Shown: piece by piece, positions 13,816 through 27,834 of the stretch
Position numbering within the stretch: the stretch's first letter is position 1
Layout: each line of letters starts with the position of its first letter
Source: Octopus sinensis
Lineage: Eukaryota
Assembly (NCBI RefSeq): GCF_006345805.1
Contig: NC_043007.1
Span: 66,154,001 to 66,218,000 of the forward strand
Length of the DNA: 64,000 nt
Direction of reading: 5' to 3'
Position numbers and translations under genes: made by a program
Notes under the pieces: model-generated
The model's input: the letters and a program-made list of their open reading frames with translations, nothing else
Databases searched by the model: none
What the model was told of the DNA's origin: nothing

Positions 13816-14457
13816 GGAAAGAATATAATAGCAATGTTCTTTTATCTTCCCCGAAGGAATAAAAAGGAAACAAAATTATTCTAGGTAGAATTTGAACTTA
13901 AAGCGTAGAGAACCGCAACAGATCCCCTCTGACCCTGTAATGACTCTGCCAATTTGCTTTGCATGCTATGCGGGAAATTGTTTCAAGTAGAAAATAATAA
14001 ATTTACACAACACCGGTGTTGGACGAAAATTGGACATCGACGTGATTTCAACTCAGAATGTAAGACTATATATTTAACCCTTATGCAGCTATAACTTATT
14101 TTAAATTCATTTCTATTACCTTTTTACGAACACACTAAATACAACATATTGTATGAGTTATCCCACAGTGTATGAGGTTGCTAACAAAGTGTAATAATAA
14201 CAGCTAAAATCTCTAACTTTCCGGGTAGAAGTAAAGCAAGAGTATATCCTCTTGTTTAATATTTTTAGCATAAGCCTGTAACATCTACCCACAATCCTAC
14301 TTAATGCCTTTCAACTTAGGTAAAAAGACAACCTGCACACAATGAAACCAGAATACTCAATGTATAAACTACTTTTTTGTTGCTGAAACAAGTTCTAACA
14401 ATCATAATCTTCGCCATTATACAAAGACTGAACATTAATAGAGTAGCAGTTTAATGA

Positions 14458-14695
14458 TACCTATTTCTTTAAACCCACAAGGGGCTAAACACAAAGAGAA
14501 CAAACAAGGACAGACAAACGGATTAAGTCGATTATATCGACCCCAGTGCGTAACTGGTACTTATTTAATCGACCCCCGAAAGGATGAAAGCCAAAGTCGA
14601 TCTCGGCGGAATTTGAACTCAGAACGTAGCGGCAGACGAAATACCACAAAGCATTTCGCCTAGTGTGCTAACGTTTCTGCCAGCTCGCCGCCTTC
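14458..14695 (-). mobile_element. SINE family A, low-divergence copy with extended 3' part
   Basis: Matches 1871-2025 and 25470-25700. Confidence 0.85.
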
Positions 14696-14854
14696 TTTAG
14701 CGGTACCGGCCACGTTAATCTTTCCAAACAAAGCATAGAAAACGAGATGTGTTTATATTGCATCAATATCATTTACCCGAAACATGAGAATTGCCGCTAG
14801 AGTAACGAGCAGAGGAACAGCTATTTATAGTGTACCGGTCGACTTCTACCTCAC

Positions 14855-14878
14855 CTGCTTTCACTGTCTTTTCGGAGC
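14855..14878 (-). CDS. Candidate 24-nt micro-exon (LRKDSES or SEKTVKA)
   Basis: Acceptor gattttttatcctag|G, strong donor CAG|gtgagg. Confidence 0.45.
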
Positions 14879-15579
14879 CTAGGATAAAAAATCTCTAAAC
14901 ACCCAGCCTGCTACAAATAGCCACTAAGTTTTCCTCATAATCATCTAGTATATTCATAAAGCAAAATAAAGAATAGGATAATAAACTTCAAGATGCCTGG
15001 AAAAATAAGACGCGATGGTCATGGCTGTAATGGTTAGAGTTGGAGTGGTTTAATTAATAACAGCAGCAGCAGAAACAACAGCAACAATGTAAATGGCTTC
15101 CAGGAGTTTCTGTGTCATAATGGGTAAATTTTTCATGAGAAACGGAATCGCATGAGACATGGATCGCTATCATCCGGTGAGCCGCGTTACTAAAAGAAGT
15201 AAAAGTAATTTTCCTCTAGGTGTGCCGCTCAGAAACTCTCACGGGCCGCAAGTTGCCCATTGACTGTTCTATGTGTTCGCCTGACGTGTTAGAGATAGCA
15301 ACCAAATCTCCCATTAACCACACTATGCCGTCTTAAAATAATGTAATCACGTATGCGTCTAAAAATACAGGACACTCATGGCAGGAAAGCATTTGATTAT
15401 AGAGCTGCTCTATCAGAAGTGATGTGAAATGAACAGCGACAGCAATAATAGCAATAACAACAGTATCGTAAAAGAACACATTGGCCAGTAAAGAAAAAAC
15501 TAGCCCTTACGATAAACGTTCGATAAAATCCAATGTAGTGTTTCACTATTGTTTATTTTATCGATTCTTGAAAGACTGT

Positions 15580-16430
15580 AGGATGATAATGGTGGTGGTG
15601 ATGGTTGTGATGGTTGTGGAAATAGTGAGTGTGGTAGTGGCTGCTAATGCGGTGGTGACTGCGTAGAGATTGCGGATGTAATGGTGATGTTGGTCTTGCA
15701 GATTGTGGGAATGCTGGGGGTGATTTTGTTTTTACCGTTTTTATTGTTGTGGCGTTGTTGTTGTTGGTGGTGGTGGTAGTGGTGTTAGTGCTGGTGGTAG
15801 TTTTGGTGGCGACGGTTGTTGTGGAGGGCATGCTGATGGTGACGGTGGCGGTGGTCATGGTAGTGGTGGTGGTGGTGGTGATGGTGGTGGTTGTGGTAGC
15901 GGTGGTGGTGGTAACGGTGGTAGTGTTGGTGACGATGGTTGTGGTGGATGGTAGTGGAGACTGTGGCATGTGCTGGTGATGATGGTATCGTTGGTTGCAA
16001 GTATGATGGCGGTGGAATTGATGGTGGTGAGTGACGGTGATAGAGATTGATACTCGGGTGGAGAGTGGTGGCAGTGGTAGTAGTGGTGGTGGTGATGCTG
16101 GTGGTGGTGGATGAGAATGATATAACTGATGATGGTACAGGAAGAGGAGGAGGCGGAAGAAGAAGATGAAGAAGAAGAAGAAGAAGAAGAAGAAGAAGAA
16201 AGGAGGGGAGGAGGAGGTAAAAGAAGAAAAGAGAGTAGTACGAGTAGGATGATTATAATGATGATGACGGTTGACGACGACAATGATGGCGACAACGAAG
16301 ATGACGATGAAGATGATAATGAGAACGACGTTGATGATGATGATGAGGAAGAAAAGGGTTATTACGATGATTGGGAGGAGAGGGAGGAGGATTATAACAA
16401 TAATGATAATAAAGTTTTTAATGAAATAAT
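15580..16430. repeat. Compound (GGT/GTT/GAA/GAT)n low-complexity tract
   Basis: Seen directly. Confidence 0.9.
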
Positions 16431-16779
16431 AAACGGATTATAAAATTAATCCTTTTTTTAAGACACTTGACTTAGAATGTCTCAATCTGGAACATTCCAC
16501 CACCACCACCTCCAACAGTAGCACTGAAACCCAAGTACAACCACCATGCTTTGAAGAGGAGCAGCCTGGCCTCTTAAACACCACCGCCTCCTAAAAAATG
16601 CTATCATGAGTTGCTAATGAACAACACTACCATCACGATATAAAAACTACCACCACCCCATAAATACTTCCAAAACTCTATGAACTCTATCACTGCCCTA
16701 TAAACACCTCCATTACCCATAAATACTTCCACCACCCCGCAAAGAGAACTACTACACTATATACATATATGGTATGGGC

Positions 16780-17105
16780 CTGATGATGATGGCTGTCACC
16801 TCGTGACCGACGAAGTCCATCACCGACCGTTAAGAACACTGTGTATTCAGAAAAATTTATAATTACATTTGTGGCTCCGCCGGTGACTAACGAGTTCAGC
16901 TCTTGATATATATACACGTCCGCAGATATTGCAGACGAAATATCTGCGGAGATTTTTCCGAGCAGATTGCTTAAAATGAAGAACGAGTGTTATTAACGGA
17001 GACGCCCACTCCTTCTTTTGCCTATTTCTTTCATTGGGGGCGATGACAAGCATCGCTTTCCCAAATTGGCCTCCCATATTTTCCATGTCTTCAACGAGGA
17101 CGTTA
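16780..17105 (-). mobile_element. 3' end of an RTE-clade LINE (ORF2 C-terminal zinc finger plus short 3' UTR)
   Basis: FVCNICGRVYISRAELVSHRRSH fits the RTE C-terminal CxxCGRxxxSRxGLxSHxRxH motif; it is followed by a short UTR ending gacagccatcatcatca. Confidence 0.7.
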
Positions 17106-17325
17106 CATAGTTCTTAAATTGTAGAATTGTTTTCCGTTGGGGGTACTTTCTACAAACACGTATATACATACAGGCTCACGCACACGCATGCGTTCACACA
17201 TATATGTCTGTGTATATGTATGTCTTTATGTATGTATGCATGTATGTATGTATGTATGTATATATGTATGTATGTGTGTATGTATGTATGTATGTATGTA
17301 TGTATGTATGTATGTATGTATGTAT

Positions 17326-19320
17326 GTCATTATTCAGTTCATTTCAAGATTTCTTGCCAATAGGGAAAAAATCCATTTCTAAACTAGTTCCAAGGCACCT
17401 TCATTGGAATTTCAACATCAACAACGAAGGTATTTTTGTTTGTATGTATGTATGTATGTATGTATGTAGTATGTATGTATGTATGTATGTATGTATGTAT
17501 GTCATTATTCAGTTCATTTCAAGATTTCTTGCCAATAGGGAAAAAATCCATTTCTAAACTAGTTCCAAGGCACCTTCATTGGAATTTCAACATCAACAAC
17601 GAAGGTATTTTTGTTTGTATGTATGTATGTATGTATGTATGTATGTATTCACATGCATATAGTTGCATACCTAGACATGCTCAGATATATTTAAACGTAA
17701 AACTTCTGGAATGTTTTACAGATTTTTACAGTTCCAGTGATGGATTGGATCTCTAGTCTTCGAATTAGTTTTCTTCTTTCTGGTTTTGAGAAGCCTAATT
17801 TCTCAAGATTGGTATTTAGACAGTGTGTTACATATAACAGGGTCCCAATAATTACAGGTATAAACCTGAACTTGTGACCTGGATAGAGTAACTGCAGAGT
17901 TCAGCATAGGTGTTCTCTTTTTTTACTGATCTTCAGCTTTATGTTAACATCCGCTGGGCAGCTAATTTCCACAACTGTTCGCAGTTTCTCTTCTCTATCC
18001 CAAATCATTATATCAGGTATGTTGTGCTTATATTTTATTGAGGTCTTCACTGTGACATTCCACCAGTATTCCTTTTTATCGTGTGTGACTATGGCTTTTA
18101 CCATATTGTGGGTTCTTATTTCTTTGTCCTCGGGATATCCTTCCTACGGATTTCATTATAGAGTATCCTTGCTACAACATCATGTCTCATCGGTAGATAA
18201 TACCGTGATAACATTTTCGGACAACTGCTTATGATGTCGGTGATATCTTCAGTGTGAACTCCACAAAGTCTGCATCGGTTGTCACATTTTACTGCTTTTC
18301 CCGCATCTCTATCCCTTTTGCGCATCAGGTACTTGGTTGATATTTCCTGTTCCTGGAATGTAAACGCATTCCCTTCAAAGTGGGAGGTAGTAATCCGGCT
18401 ACTGGTCCATGATAAACTGCTTTGATCATCGATGTTTCTATGATCACGGAGCTTTCTACTAACATATCTATGCATAGTCTTCTGCTCATATAGGCTTATC
18501 CTTTCATCTGATGATACGTTGAGGTAGAGTCGTGCGACTTCATTGGACATGTATTCTAGGTTATCAGACAAAGAGTGTTGCTCAAGGAGCTGCCTTCCAA
18601 GTCTTATGATGTTATCAGCGTCATGCATGCAAACTTGGACAAGGGATGCACTTCGACACTTGATGGTTAAAAGATGATGCCGAAGGGATATGATGCGGCA
18701 TTCAAATGCATTTTGGATTGATGTTAAACCTCTGGCGCCTTGTTTTCGTTTTAGGTCGAGGTGGTCTACGTCACTGTCTGTGTGGAAATTATGAGTGCTT
18801 GTTTATATGTTTCGGGTTTTCACATCAATGGCTCGGATCTCATCAAGCGTTCAATCAAACAGCCCAAATGTCGGTATGAGTACTGGCACTGCAAACACAT
18901 TGTGGGTCACTGTTTTATTGAATGTAGAGACTTCTGAGGTCCAAATTTTCTTTATTCGACTTAATATTCTTTAGTGACACGTGTTTTGTTATAGGTGCCA
19001 TTGTAAGATATATTTTATCCACTCCTAGATACCTGTAGCATTCCTCGTCAGATACAGGGGAAGTAGTCAAATCCTTATGGGAGATGTTACTAGTCTGGTT
19101 TATAGCTTTCTCCTTTTTCACAACCATATACCAACATTTATGCTGACCAAACTCCAACCCTACATCCTTTGAGAATGTTGTAACTAGGTCAAGGCTCTTT
19201 TTCATCTCATGCCTAGTCTTTGCATAAAGTTTTAAGTCATCCACAAAGAAACCGTGTTTAATTTTGGTATTTCTATTTCCTTGTGAACCAGTGAGATATC
19301 CTTTAGACTTCCTTAACATG
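17326..19320 (-). mobile_element. 5'-truncated R4/Dong-like LINE (RT end, CCHC, restriction-like endonuclease), disrupted
   Basis: FFVDDLKLYAK...FSKDVGLEFGQHKC...YRYLGV (RT), CRLCG...IISSC...RHD (zinc knuckle), HNIPDIMIWD...VEISCP (PD-(D/E)xK); both ends abut (TATG)n. Confidence 0.85.
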
Positions 19321-19456
19321 ACTGTATGTATGTATGTATGTATGTATGTATGTATGTATGTATGTATGTATGTATGTATGTATGTATTTATGTATATATG
19401 TATGTATGAATGAATAAATGTATGTAAGTATGTAGGTATGTACACATGTATCTATA

Positions 19457-19677
19457 TACAAGGAGATGCTGACATTTTCCTGGTTTTAAAGGGGTCACAA
19501 AAGGCCTGGTTGGTTGCCCAAACTTCCAAGTTCTTTTACAGGGCTTAGAAAAACTGAAGGACGGCTGCAGTAAGTGTGTGAATCTGAGAGGGCAATATGG
19601 TGAATAAAATCATAATTAACTGATCCTCCTGTATTTTCTTTTACCGAAATCCAGGAGCTCTTCACTGCTCCCTCGTA
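19457..19677 (+). mobile_element. Non-autonomous mariner MITE
   Basis: TA-flanked imperfect TIRs (tacaaggag...ttcctgg / ccaggagctcttc...cctcgta); internal LQGLEKLKDGCSKCVNLRGQYGE* resembles a mariner transposase C-terminus. Confidence 0.75.
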
Positions 19678-20077
19678 AATGTACGGATGTGGTTTTTCAG
19701 TACTGCCAACCGATCCATACTCTTTTTCACAGATGTAGCAAAGATGGGCATTCTTGCAGCATGTGTTAAGAACGTTACCACTCAGGCTGGCACAAGTTTT
19801 TGTTCCATCAGAGGATTTTTAATTGAGTGCTTTTTCTGTTCTTGACCGCGGATAGCGATAGTATGCAACACATAATAGAGATGTTAAAAATCAAGCGATA
19901 CGTGTGCCTGGTACATACACATACACATGCGCGCGCGCGCACATACAAGTATACACACACAAACATGCATATATATACACACACACATGCACACATACAT
20001 ATGCACAACAAATCAATTAGCAAAATTACTAACTGCTAAAGTCCTAGAATTGTTCACAGTTAACGCTATTTGATTGA

Positions 20078-20180
<103 letters not shown>

Positions 20181-20232
20181 ACTGTTTGTCTGTCTGTCTC
20201 TTTCTCTTTTTCACGCTCTTTCTCCTTCTCTG

Positions 20233-20277
<45 letters not shown>

Positions 20278-20354
20278 AGATAGATAGATAGATAGACAGA
20301 CAGGCAGACAGACAGGTAGATAGATAGATAGATAGATTATATGTGTGTATGCTC

Positions 20355-20407
<53 letters not shown>

Positions 20408-20573
20408 TGTTTATATTGCTGTATTTTGGAAATTATAACAACCGCACTGGCTGTACCTCACTTCTTAATTGATTTGTCGAGGTCATTTACATGTACATGT
20501 TATCTTTCCAATGAGTTTCCTTAACTCTTTGTTATAACTATGAATTGTTGAATGCATATATGTAACTAGGTGC

Positions 20574-20621
<48 letters not shown>

Positions 20622-22069
20622 GTAGCATGTTTAATGTGTATCTGTTTTTGTGTATTTGTGGTGCATATCGTAAAAGTAGTCATTTGTCTATATGGTGATG
20701 ATTGTATTTGTGTGTGTTTGTGTTTGTGTGCATAGGTTGTTTTTCTCTTGTTATAGTTCTATTTCGTTTATATTATTCTGTCAACTGAACCGTATTTTAT
20801 TTATTGTAGTGCAATCAGTAGATAAGTTACGATAGTTATAGGTGTGTCTGTTACCTGAATTGAATCTAATTTATGGTAGCATCAGTAGATAGTTTATGGT
20901 ATTTGTGGCAGTATGTTGTGCGTGTGTGTATAAAACGGTTGTCACTATTGTCTGTTAGTCAATCTAGCATAATTCTGTTTAATAATTAAATGTGGAAATA
21001 TTAACTTATCTTTCACTCGATTAATTGTATTACCACCCAACTGAGGCTATAGATTATATTGTATAATATTATGTATCATTCTTGAGATAGCTTATTATTG
21101 TTCTAATCGTTTTCCCAATAAATGTTGTATCTAGCCTCCTGTATGTACACGGAATCTGTAATTTGTCAGAGTGTCGGCTCCAGTGAGGGTGTAGATCATA
21201 TTTCTAATCCAGTATTATATAATGAACTGTCATATTCATCCAGAGTATGTTGATAGATCATGGATGCTGGTGTTTTGTTATCGTACCCATATCTATACAC
21301 CTCAGTTCTCTCGTGTATACTACGAGAAGTTTCACACGTGTAGATTGTGGTCGTGTCTTTAGTTTCAATCCAGGGCAGCGGATTAGCGAGACAACAAGGG
21401 TGTCTGGGGGATGCCTTGCGGTGTTTGTTCCAGCTCCACGCATTCTGATAGAAAAGCTTTCGACGAGACTACCAAGCTCTGTCGGCCAAAGTCAGCGGTG
21501 TTTCTGTTATATAAACGTAGGTGGCGAGCAGAGTGAAGCCTTGAATGTATGAGCAACTGTTGGCTTCCTCACTTAAAAATCTTCCACATGCCTTAATATA
21601 CTTATGCAGATGCATCATCAACATTGCTCAACGGTAGCCCTACACACATATATACTTTTGCTCTGGTCTTTTAGACACCACATGTACTTATTTAAGTCTC
21701 TACTTTTGCAGTTTCACAAATTCACCAGTTATTATTATAGAGAGAGGTATGACTTCAGAATGAGTGATTAAATGTACCTGCAGTTTTGGTTCTTTTTTTT
21801 TTATTTAGTTTAAATATAAGTTTTGTTTCATTCGGTGTTTTTTCTAAAGCTGATTGCTACATAAAACTTAAGAATAGCGTCGACATTCGTTATGCTCTGA
21901 AACTTATTGCAATCGTGCCATGCGCTTACATCGTTTCTTTTTACTTTCACTTTCTAACATAATCCCGAATTTACTCCTGCATGTAGGTATTTTCCATTCG
22001 CATAGTTGCTAATAATTGTTTCTGATGTCTCCATAGGTTCTTTATGCAACGTGATCTAGTCATGTTGAC

Positions 22070-22390
22070 TACAGGGTGTTCCAGTAGAATTTGACAGTCT
22101 GCATTAAAGGAAAATATCCAGTCCAAAAATAAACGTATCTTACGAAAATCAAAAAGTATCATCTAGATTATGGCTCGAAGATAACAGTTTACTCAAAGTA
22201 GCCGCCCTTAGCTTCCGCCACGGCTTCTAGACAGCTCTGGCGTCTTGAGGCCGCGGTGGAAGCGTTTCTCACTGTATTACTGGGATGATATTCGAATAAC
22301 TCCTCAACCTTGACCATGAGCTCAGCCTTGGTACTGCAAGCAGAGCGGTTGGTGTCTTTCTTAACCACGCTCTACACAGAGTAATTCTTT
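22070..22390 (-). mobile_element. 3' end of a DD37D-like Tc1/mariner element
   Basis: NYSV*SVVKKDTNRSACSTKAELMVKVEE...LEAVAEAKGGYFE*, then a TIR-like end (tacagggtg at 22070). Confidence 0.65.
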
Positions 22391-22614
22391 GGATTATAAT
22401 CAGTGGAAAGAGAAGACCATGATTTCAAGATTAAGGATAAACCCTTTTTCTGTCTTCAGTGTAATATAACCCAATCAATGCATAAAAATACGAGCAAAAT
22501 ACATTCCCATGAAGCAGAACAACTCCACGATGCAAATATACTGTTCGTACTTATTCTATCGGTCACTTTTGTTGAATCACTAAATTACGAGAACATAAAC
22601 ACAGCAGCACCGGT

Positions 22615-22650
<36 letters not shown>

Positions 22651-23027
22651 GTGTGTGTGTGTGTGTGTGTGTGTGAGTGAGTCTTTGTGCCTGTGTTTGT
22701 CCCTCCATCGCAGTTTGACAACCGGTGCTGTTGTGTTTGTTCTCGTAACATAGCTATTCGGCAAAAGAGACCGATAAAATAAGTACCAGGCTTTAAAACA
22801 AAATAAGTACTGGGGTCAATACATTCGACTAAAAATCCTTCAAGGTGGTGCCCCAGTATGGCCGCAGTATGACTGAAGGAATAAAAAAATAAAAGATAAA
22901 AGATCTATATATGTACTTCAGTTCAATAATTCCTACACATACATATTCCAGAACATGAAACTCGGGTGGCGAACAAAATCTCAGTTTGAGTAAATACGCA
23001 AATAACTCTTTTATTCTTTTACTCTTT

Positions 23028-23401
23028 TGCTTGCTTCAGTCATTTGACTGCGGCCATGCAGGAGCACCGCCTTTAATCGAACAAATCGACTCCAGGAATT
23101 ATTCTTTGTAAAACCTAGTACTTGTTCTATTGTTCCCTTTTGCAGAAACGCTAAGTTACGGGGACGTAAACACACTAGCATCAGTTGTCAAGTGATAGGG
23201 GCGGGGGGCAAAAACTGACAAACACACACACATTCTATATATATACGACGGGCTTCCTTCAGTTTCCATCTACCAAATCCACTCACAAGGCTTTGGTCGG
23301 CCCGAGGCTATAGTAGAAGACACTTGCCCGAGGTGCCATGTAGTGGGACTGAACCCGAAACCATGTGGTCGGTAAGCATGCTACTTACCACACAGCCATT
23401 C
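23028..23401 (-). mobile_element. SINE family B, full length
   Basis: Reverse complement of 32342-32725. Confidence 0.85.
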
Positions 23402-23719
23402 CCGTTATACCATATATTGAGTTCCTCTTTCTTTTGTGCTTAGTCAAAACGTTTCATATATTTATATCTTTTATCTTTTATCTTTTACTTCTTTCAATCA
23501 TTAGACTGCGATCATGGTGGGGCAAATCCTTGAAGAATTTATAATTGAATCAATGGACCCTAGCACATGTTTTATTTTAAAGTATGTTTGTATGAATGAA
23601 GTAAGAATGTCAAGCATTAAGAAGAATGAAAAAGAAATGGCCGAGGTAAACAAGAACAACAAAGTAAAAAGCAGAGACCAAGGGTACGAAGATAATAACC
23701 ACGACGATATATAAATCAC

Positions 23720-23726
23720 AACAATT

Positions 23727-23800
<74 letters not shown>

Positions 23801-23803
23801 GAA

Positions 23804-23845
<42 letters not shown>

Positions 23846-23899
23846 AACGATGATGATGATGATCATGAGAGTGGAAGTGGTAGATCTGGTGATGGATGG

Positions 23900-23939
<40 letters not shown>

Positions 23940-24274
23940 AATGCGGATGAAGATGATGAGGATGAGGATGATGATGACAATGATGACGACCCGATAACGA
24001 TAATGTAATGATGGTGATGAGAATGATGAAAATGGCAACGATAACGACTATGACGATGGCGGTGATGATGACGACGACGATGAAGATAACGATGACGACG
24101 ACGACGACGACGACAATGACGATGATGATGATAAAGACGGTGGATGTGGTGATGATGAAGTCGATGACGTCGAAATGATGGTAATGCTGATAATGCTGAT
24201 GTGGCTGACACCGACGCTGCCGATGAAAGTTACAACGATAATGCTGAGGATGATGATGAGGAGGACGAGATGAC

Positions 24275-24306
<32 letters not shown>

Positions 24307-25014
24307 AGTCGACGTCGTCGCCGATGCTGGAGATATTAATAACCTGCACCGTTTCCAACCCGCCACAGCAATCCCTGCGCATATTACGAAATAAATCCCC
24401 CTAAATATTTTGTCATTTGCTTAATTCCTTTGATGCAGTTTCTATATTATGATTTCTATTAAATCTGATGTATAACATAGTTTTACAGTATTTGTCCGGA
24501 TTTGTAATTCGTTCACCGCCCAACACCACCGCCACCACCGCCACCGCCACCACCAACAACACTACTACTGCTGCCGGTGCCACCGCCTCCTACCGCCGCC
24601 ACTGCCCCCCTCTTTTATCTCGCTGCCAACCACCATACTTCCAAACCCCACTCTCTCTATATTAATATTTCAGTCATCAGCTTCATCAGCAGCAATATTG
24701 TCACCATTATCATCTGAATGCTATCGGAGATTATCCGCCAATGATGAGAATTATGAGCGTCAATCTCATCGGCCATAACAGCAGTGGTAGTAGCAGCAGC
24801 AGCAGCAGTAGCGCTGTCGACGTCTTCGTTGTCGTTGACGTAGGCGTCGATTTCATTCGTTGTTATCATCATCATCGTTGTCATGAACTTAACTGTTGGC
24901 ATGATGACGATAACTATCATCATCACCAGCACTACCACCACCAGCACTACCACCACCAGCACTAACACCACCACCACAACCACCACCATCCTGATCAACT
25001 TCCTCCTCCTCCTT

Positions 25015-25060
<46 letters not shown>

Positions 25061-25340
25061 ACGTCGTCGTCATCATCATCATCGTCATTGTTACTTTTGC
25101 CATTGTCGTCAATGTCGTGGTCGTTCGCCGTTATCATCACGATCATCATCATTATCATCATCATTGTCATAAACATTATTGCATCATCACTGTTGCCACC
25201 TCAACTACCACAAGCATCACCTTCATCATCATCGTCAACATCGTCATCATCAACATCATCATCGTCATCATCGTCATCATGAATATCATCATCATCATCA
25301 TCATCATCATTCACATCATCATCATTATCATCACCGCCAC
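23720..25340. repeat. (GAT)n, (CAT)n and (CAC)n compound tracts
   Basis: Seen directly. Confidence 0.9.
24344..24374 (-). CDS. Weak candidate 31-nt exon (IAVAGWKRC)
   Basis: Acceptor tttcgtaatatgcgcag|G; weak donor CAG|gttatt; phase 1 to 2 fits one reading of the exon chain. Confidence 0.2.
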
Positions 25341-25371
25341 CACCCTGCGCATGCTGCCCTTCCTCGACTCC

Positions 25372-25705
25372 AGTACTCAACTGATACTTAATTTATTGAC
25401 CGCGAAAGAATGAAAGGCAAAGTCGACCTCGGCGGAATTTGAATTCAGAACGTAGCGGCAGACGAAATACCTATTTCTTTACTACCCACAAGGGTCTAAA
25501 CACAGAGAGGACAAACAAGGACAGACAAACGGATTAAGTCGATTATATCGACCCCAGTGAGTAAACTGGTACTTAATTTATCGACCTCGAAAGGATGAAA
25601 GGCAAAGTCGACCTCGACAGAATTTGAACTCAGAACGTAACGGCAGATGAAATACCGCTAAGCATTTCGTCCGGCGCGCTAACGTTACTTCCAGCTCACT
25701 GACTT
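25372..25705 (-). mobile_element. Nested or tandem SINE family A copies
   Basis: aatgaaaggcaaagtcgacctc...gcagacgaaatacc occurs twice (25408-25471, 25593-25657). Confidence 0.8.
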
Positions 25706-25909
25706 AATAATAATAATAAATAATAATAATAATAATATAATAATAATAAAAATAATAATAATTACAATAATAATAATAATAGTAATAATAATAATAATAA
25801 CAATAATAATGATGATAATAATAATGATGATGATGATGATGATAATGACAATAATAATGGTAATGATAATAATAACTACATTAATAATAATTACAACAAC
25901 AACAACAAC

Positions 25910-25971
<62 letters not shown>

Positions 25972-26291
25972 AATAATTACAATAATTACCAAATGTTACG
26001 TCATTATCTCACTACCAAGGGGTTCACAGTCTTCATTGTCGTCATCTTCGTCGTCGTTGTTGTCGTCTGCGTCGCCGTCATCCTTATTATCACCTCTGCC
26101 ACCACTAATGCCATCGCCACCATTACTATCTCCACCGGAACTACCAATATCATCATCATCATCATAATCATCATCATCATCATCATCATTCATCATCATC
26201 ATCATCATTCATCATCATCATCATCGTCACCATCAGTATACTATTATCTTTGTAAAAACCGTCGTGATTGCACCATCATGTAACAATGTAT

Positions 26292-26457
26292 GTGTGTGTG
26301 TGTGTACGTGTGTATGCATGTGTGCTTGTGTGTGTGTGCGTGTGTGATTGAGTGTGTGAGTATGTATCTGCGTAAGCGAGTCTGAGCATCTCTGCGTATG
26401 CGTGTACCAGTATGCATATGTATGAATGATCTCGTCTGTTCGTATCTATCTATCTAG

Positions 26458-26494
<37 letters not shown>

Positions 26495-26799
26495 TATTTG
26501 TGAAGGAAATCTAATTCTCGGCGACAACTATGATTGTCACACGCTGACGAGAGGTCAATACCTCGAAACTCGAGTCCGTGTGTATCATAAGTTGAAGACG
26601 GAAGGATGACTTCCCTTTGCAAATACTGACAGGACACAGATAGTGTGTCTATGGCCAGCTGGAGGAGTGTGTCCTCCTGGGGCTAAAAACTACAGTAGCA
26701 TCCACCCTTAGGGGTTAGCCATATTGAAATGGCAAAAATACGTCACGATGTGTTACCGCTACTGTATATAACTCACTTTGATATTTATCATTATATATA

Positions 26800-26844
<45 letters not shown>

Positions 26845-27230
26845 ATACGTGTGCTTGTGTATGCTCCTCACTAAGCGTATGTATAAGGCACACGTTTCAC
26901 TGAGTATCTATGTACGCGTGTATCAGTATGTGTGCGTCTGTACGTATGTGTCAGTATGTGCATGTATTAGTTGCGTGTGTGCTTATGTGTGCGTGTGTGT
27001 ATCAGTAGGCGTATGTAACAGTGTGTATACGTGTGCTCTTGTGTTTGTGTGCTTATGTGTGTGTGTGTGTGTGTACGTGTGTATGCATGTGTGCTTGTGT
27101 GTGTGTGCGTGTGTGATTGAGTGTGTGAGTATGTATCTGCGTAAGCGAGTCTGAGCATCTCTGCGTATGCGTGTACCAGTATGCATATGTATGAATGATC
27201 TCGTCTGTTCGTATCTATCTATCTAGCTAT

Positions 27231-27266
<36 letters not shown>

Positions 27267-27798
27267 AGTATTTGTGAAGGAAATCTAATTCTCGGCGACA
27301 ACTATGATTGTCACACGCTGACGAGAGGTCAATACCTCGAAACTCGAGTCCGTGTGTATCATAAGTTGAAGACGGGAAGGGTGACTTCCCTTTGCAAATA
27401 CTGACAGGACACAGATAGTGTGTCTATGGCCAGCTGGAGGAGTGTGTCCTCCTGGGGCTAAAAACTACAGTAGCATCCACCCTTAGGGGTTAGCCATATT
27501 GAAATGGCAAAAATACGTCACGATGTGTTACCGCTACTGTATATAACTCACTTTGATATTTATCATTATATATATATATATATATATATATACGTGTGCT
27601 TGTGTATGCTCCTCACTAAGCGTATGTATAAGGCACACGTTTCACTGAGTATCTATGTACGCGTGTATCAGTATGTGTGCGTCTGTACGTATGTGTCAGT
27701 ATGTGCATGTATTAGTTGCGTGTGTGCTTATGTGTGCGTGTGTGTATCAGTAGGCGTATGTAACAGTGTGTATACGTGTGCTCTTGTGTTTGTGTGCT

Positions 27799-27830
<32 letters not shown>
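26292..27830. repeat. Near-identical ~775-bp tandem duplication (2 copies)
   Basis: The same non-microsatellite text recurs at 26492 and 27267; MAKIRHD ORFs start at 26729 and 27504. Confidence 0.9.

Positions 27831-27834
<4 letters not shown>

Noticed and set aside
16847-17086. Host C2H2 zinc-finger gene
   Set aside because: A single finger with the RTE-specific CGR...SR...SH pattern, followed by a short UTR and repeat tail; better explained as a LINE 3' end
20420-21560. Possible further retroelement remnant (ORFs 21247-21552, 21258-21443)
   Set aside because: Looks non-microsatellite and possibly once coding, but I found no diagnostic motif
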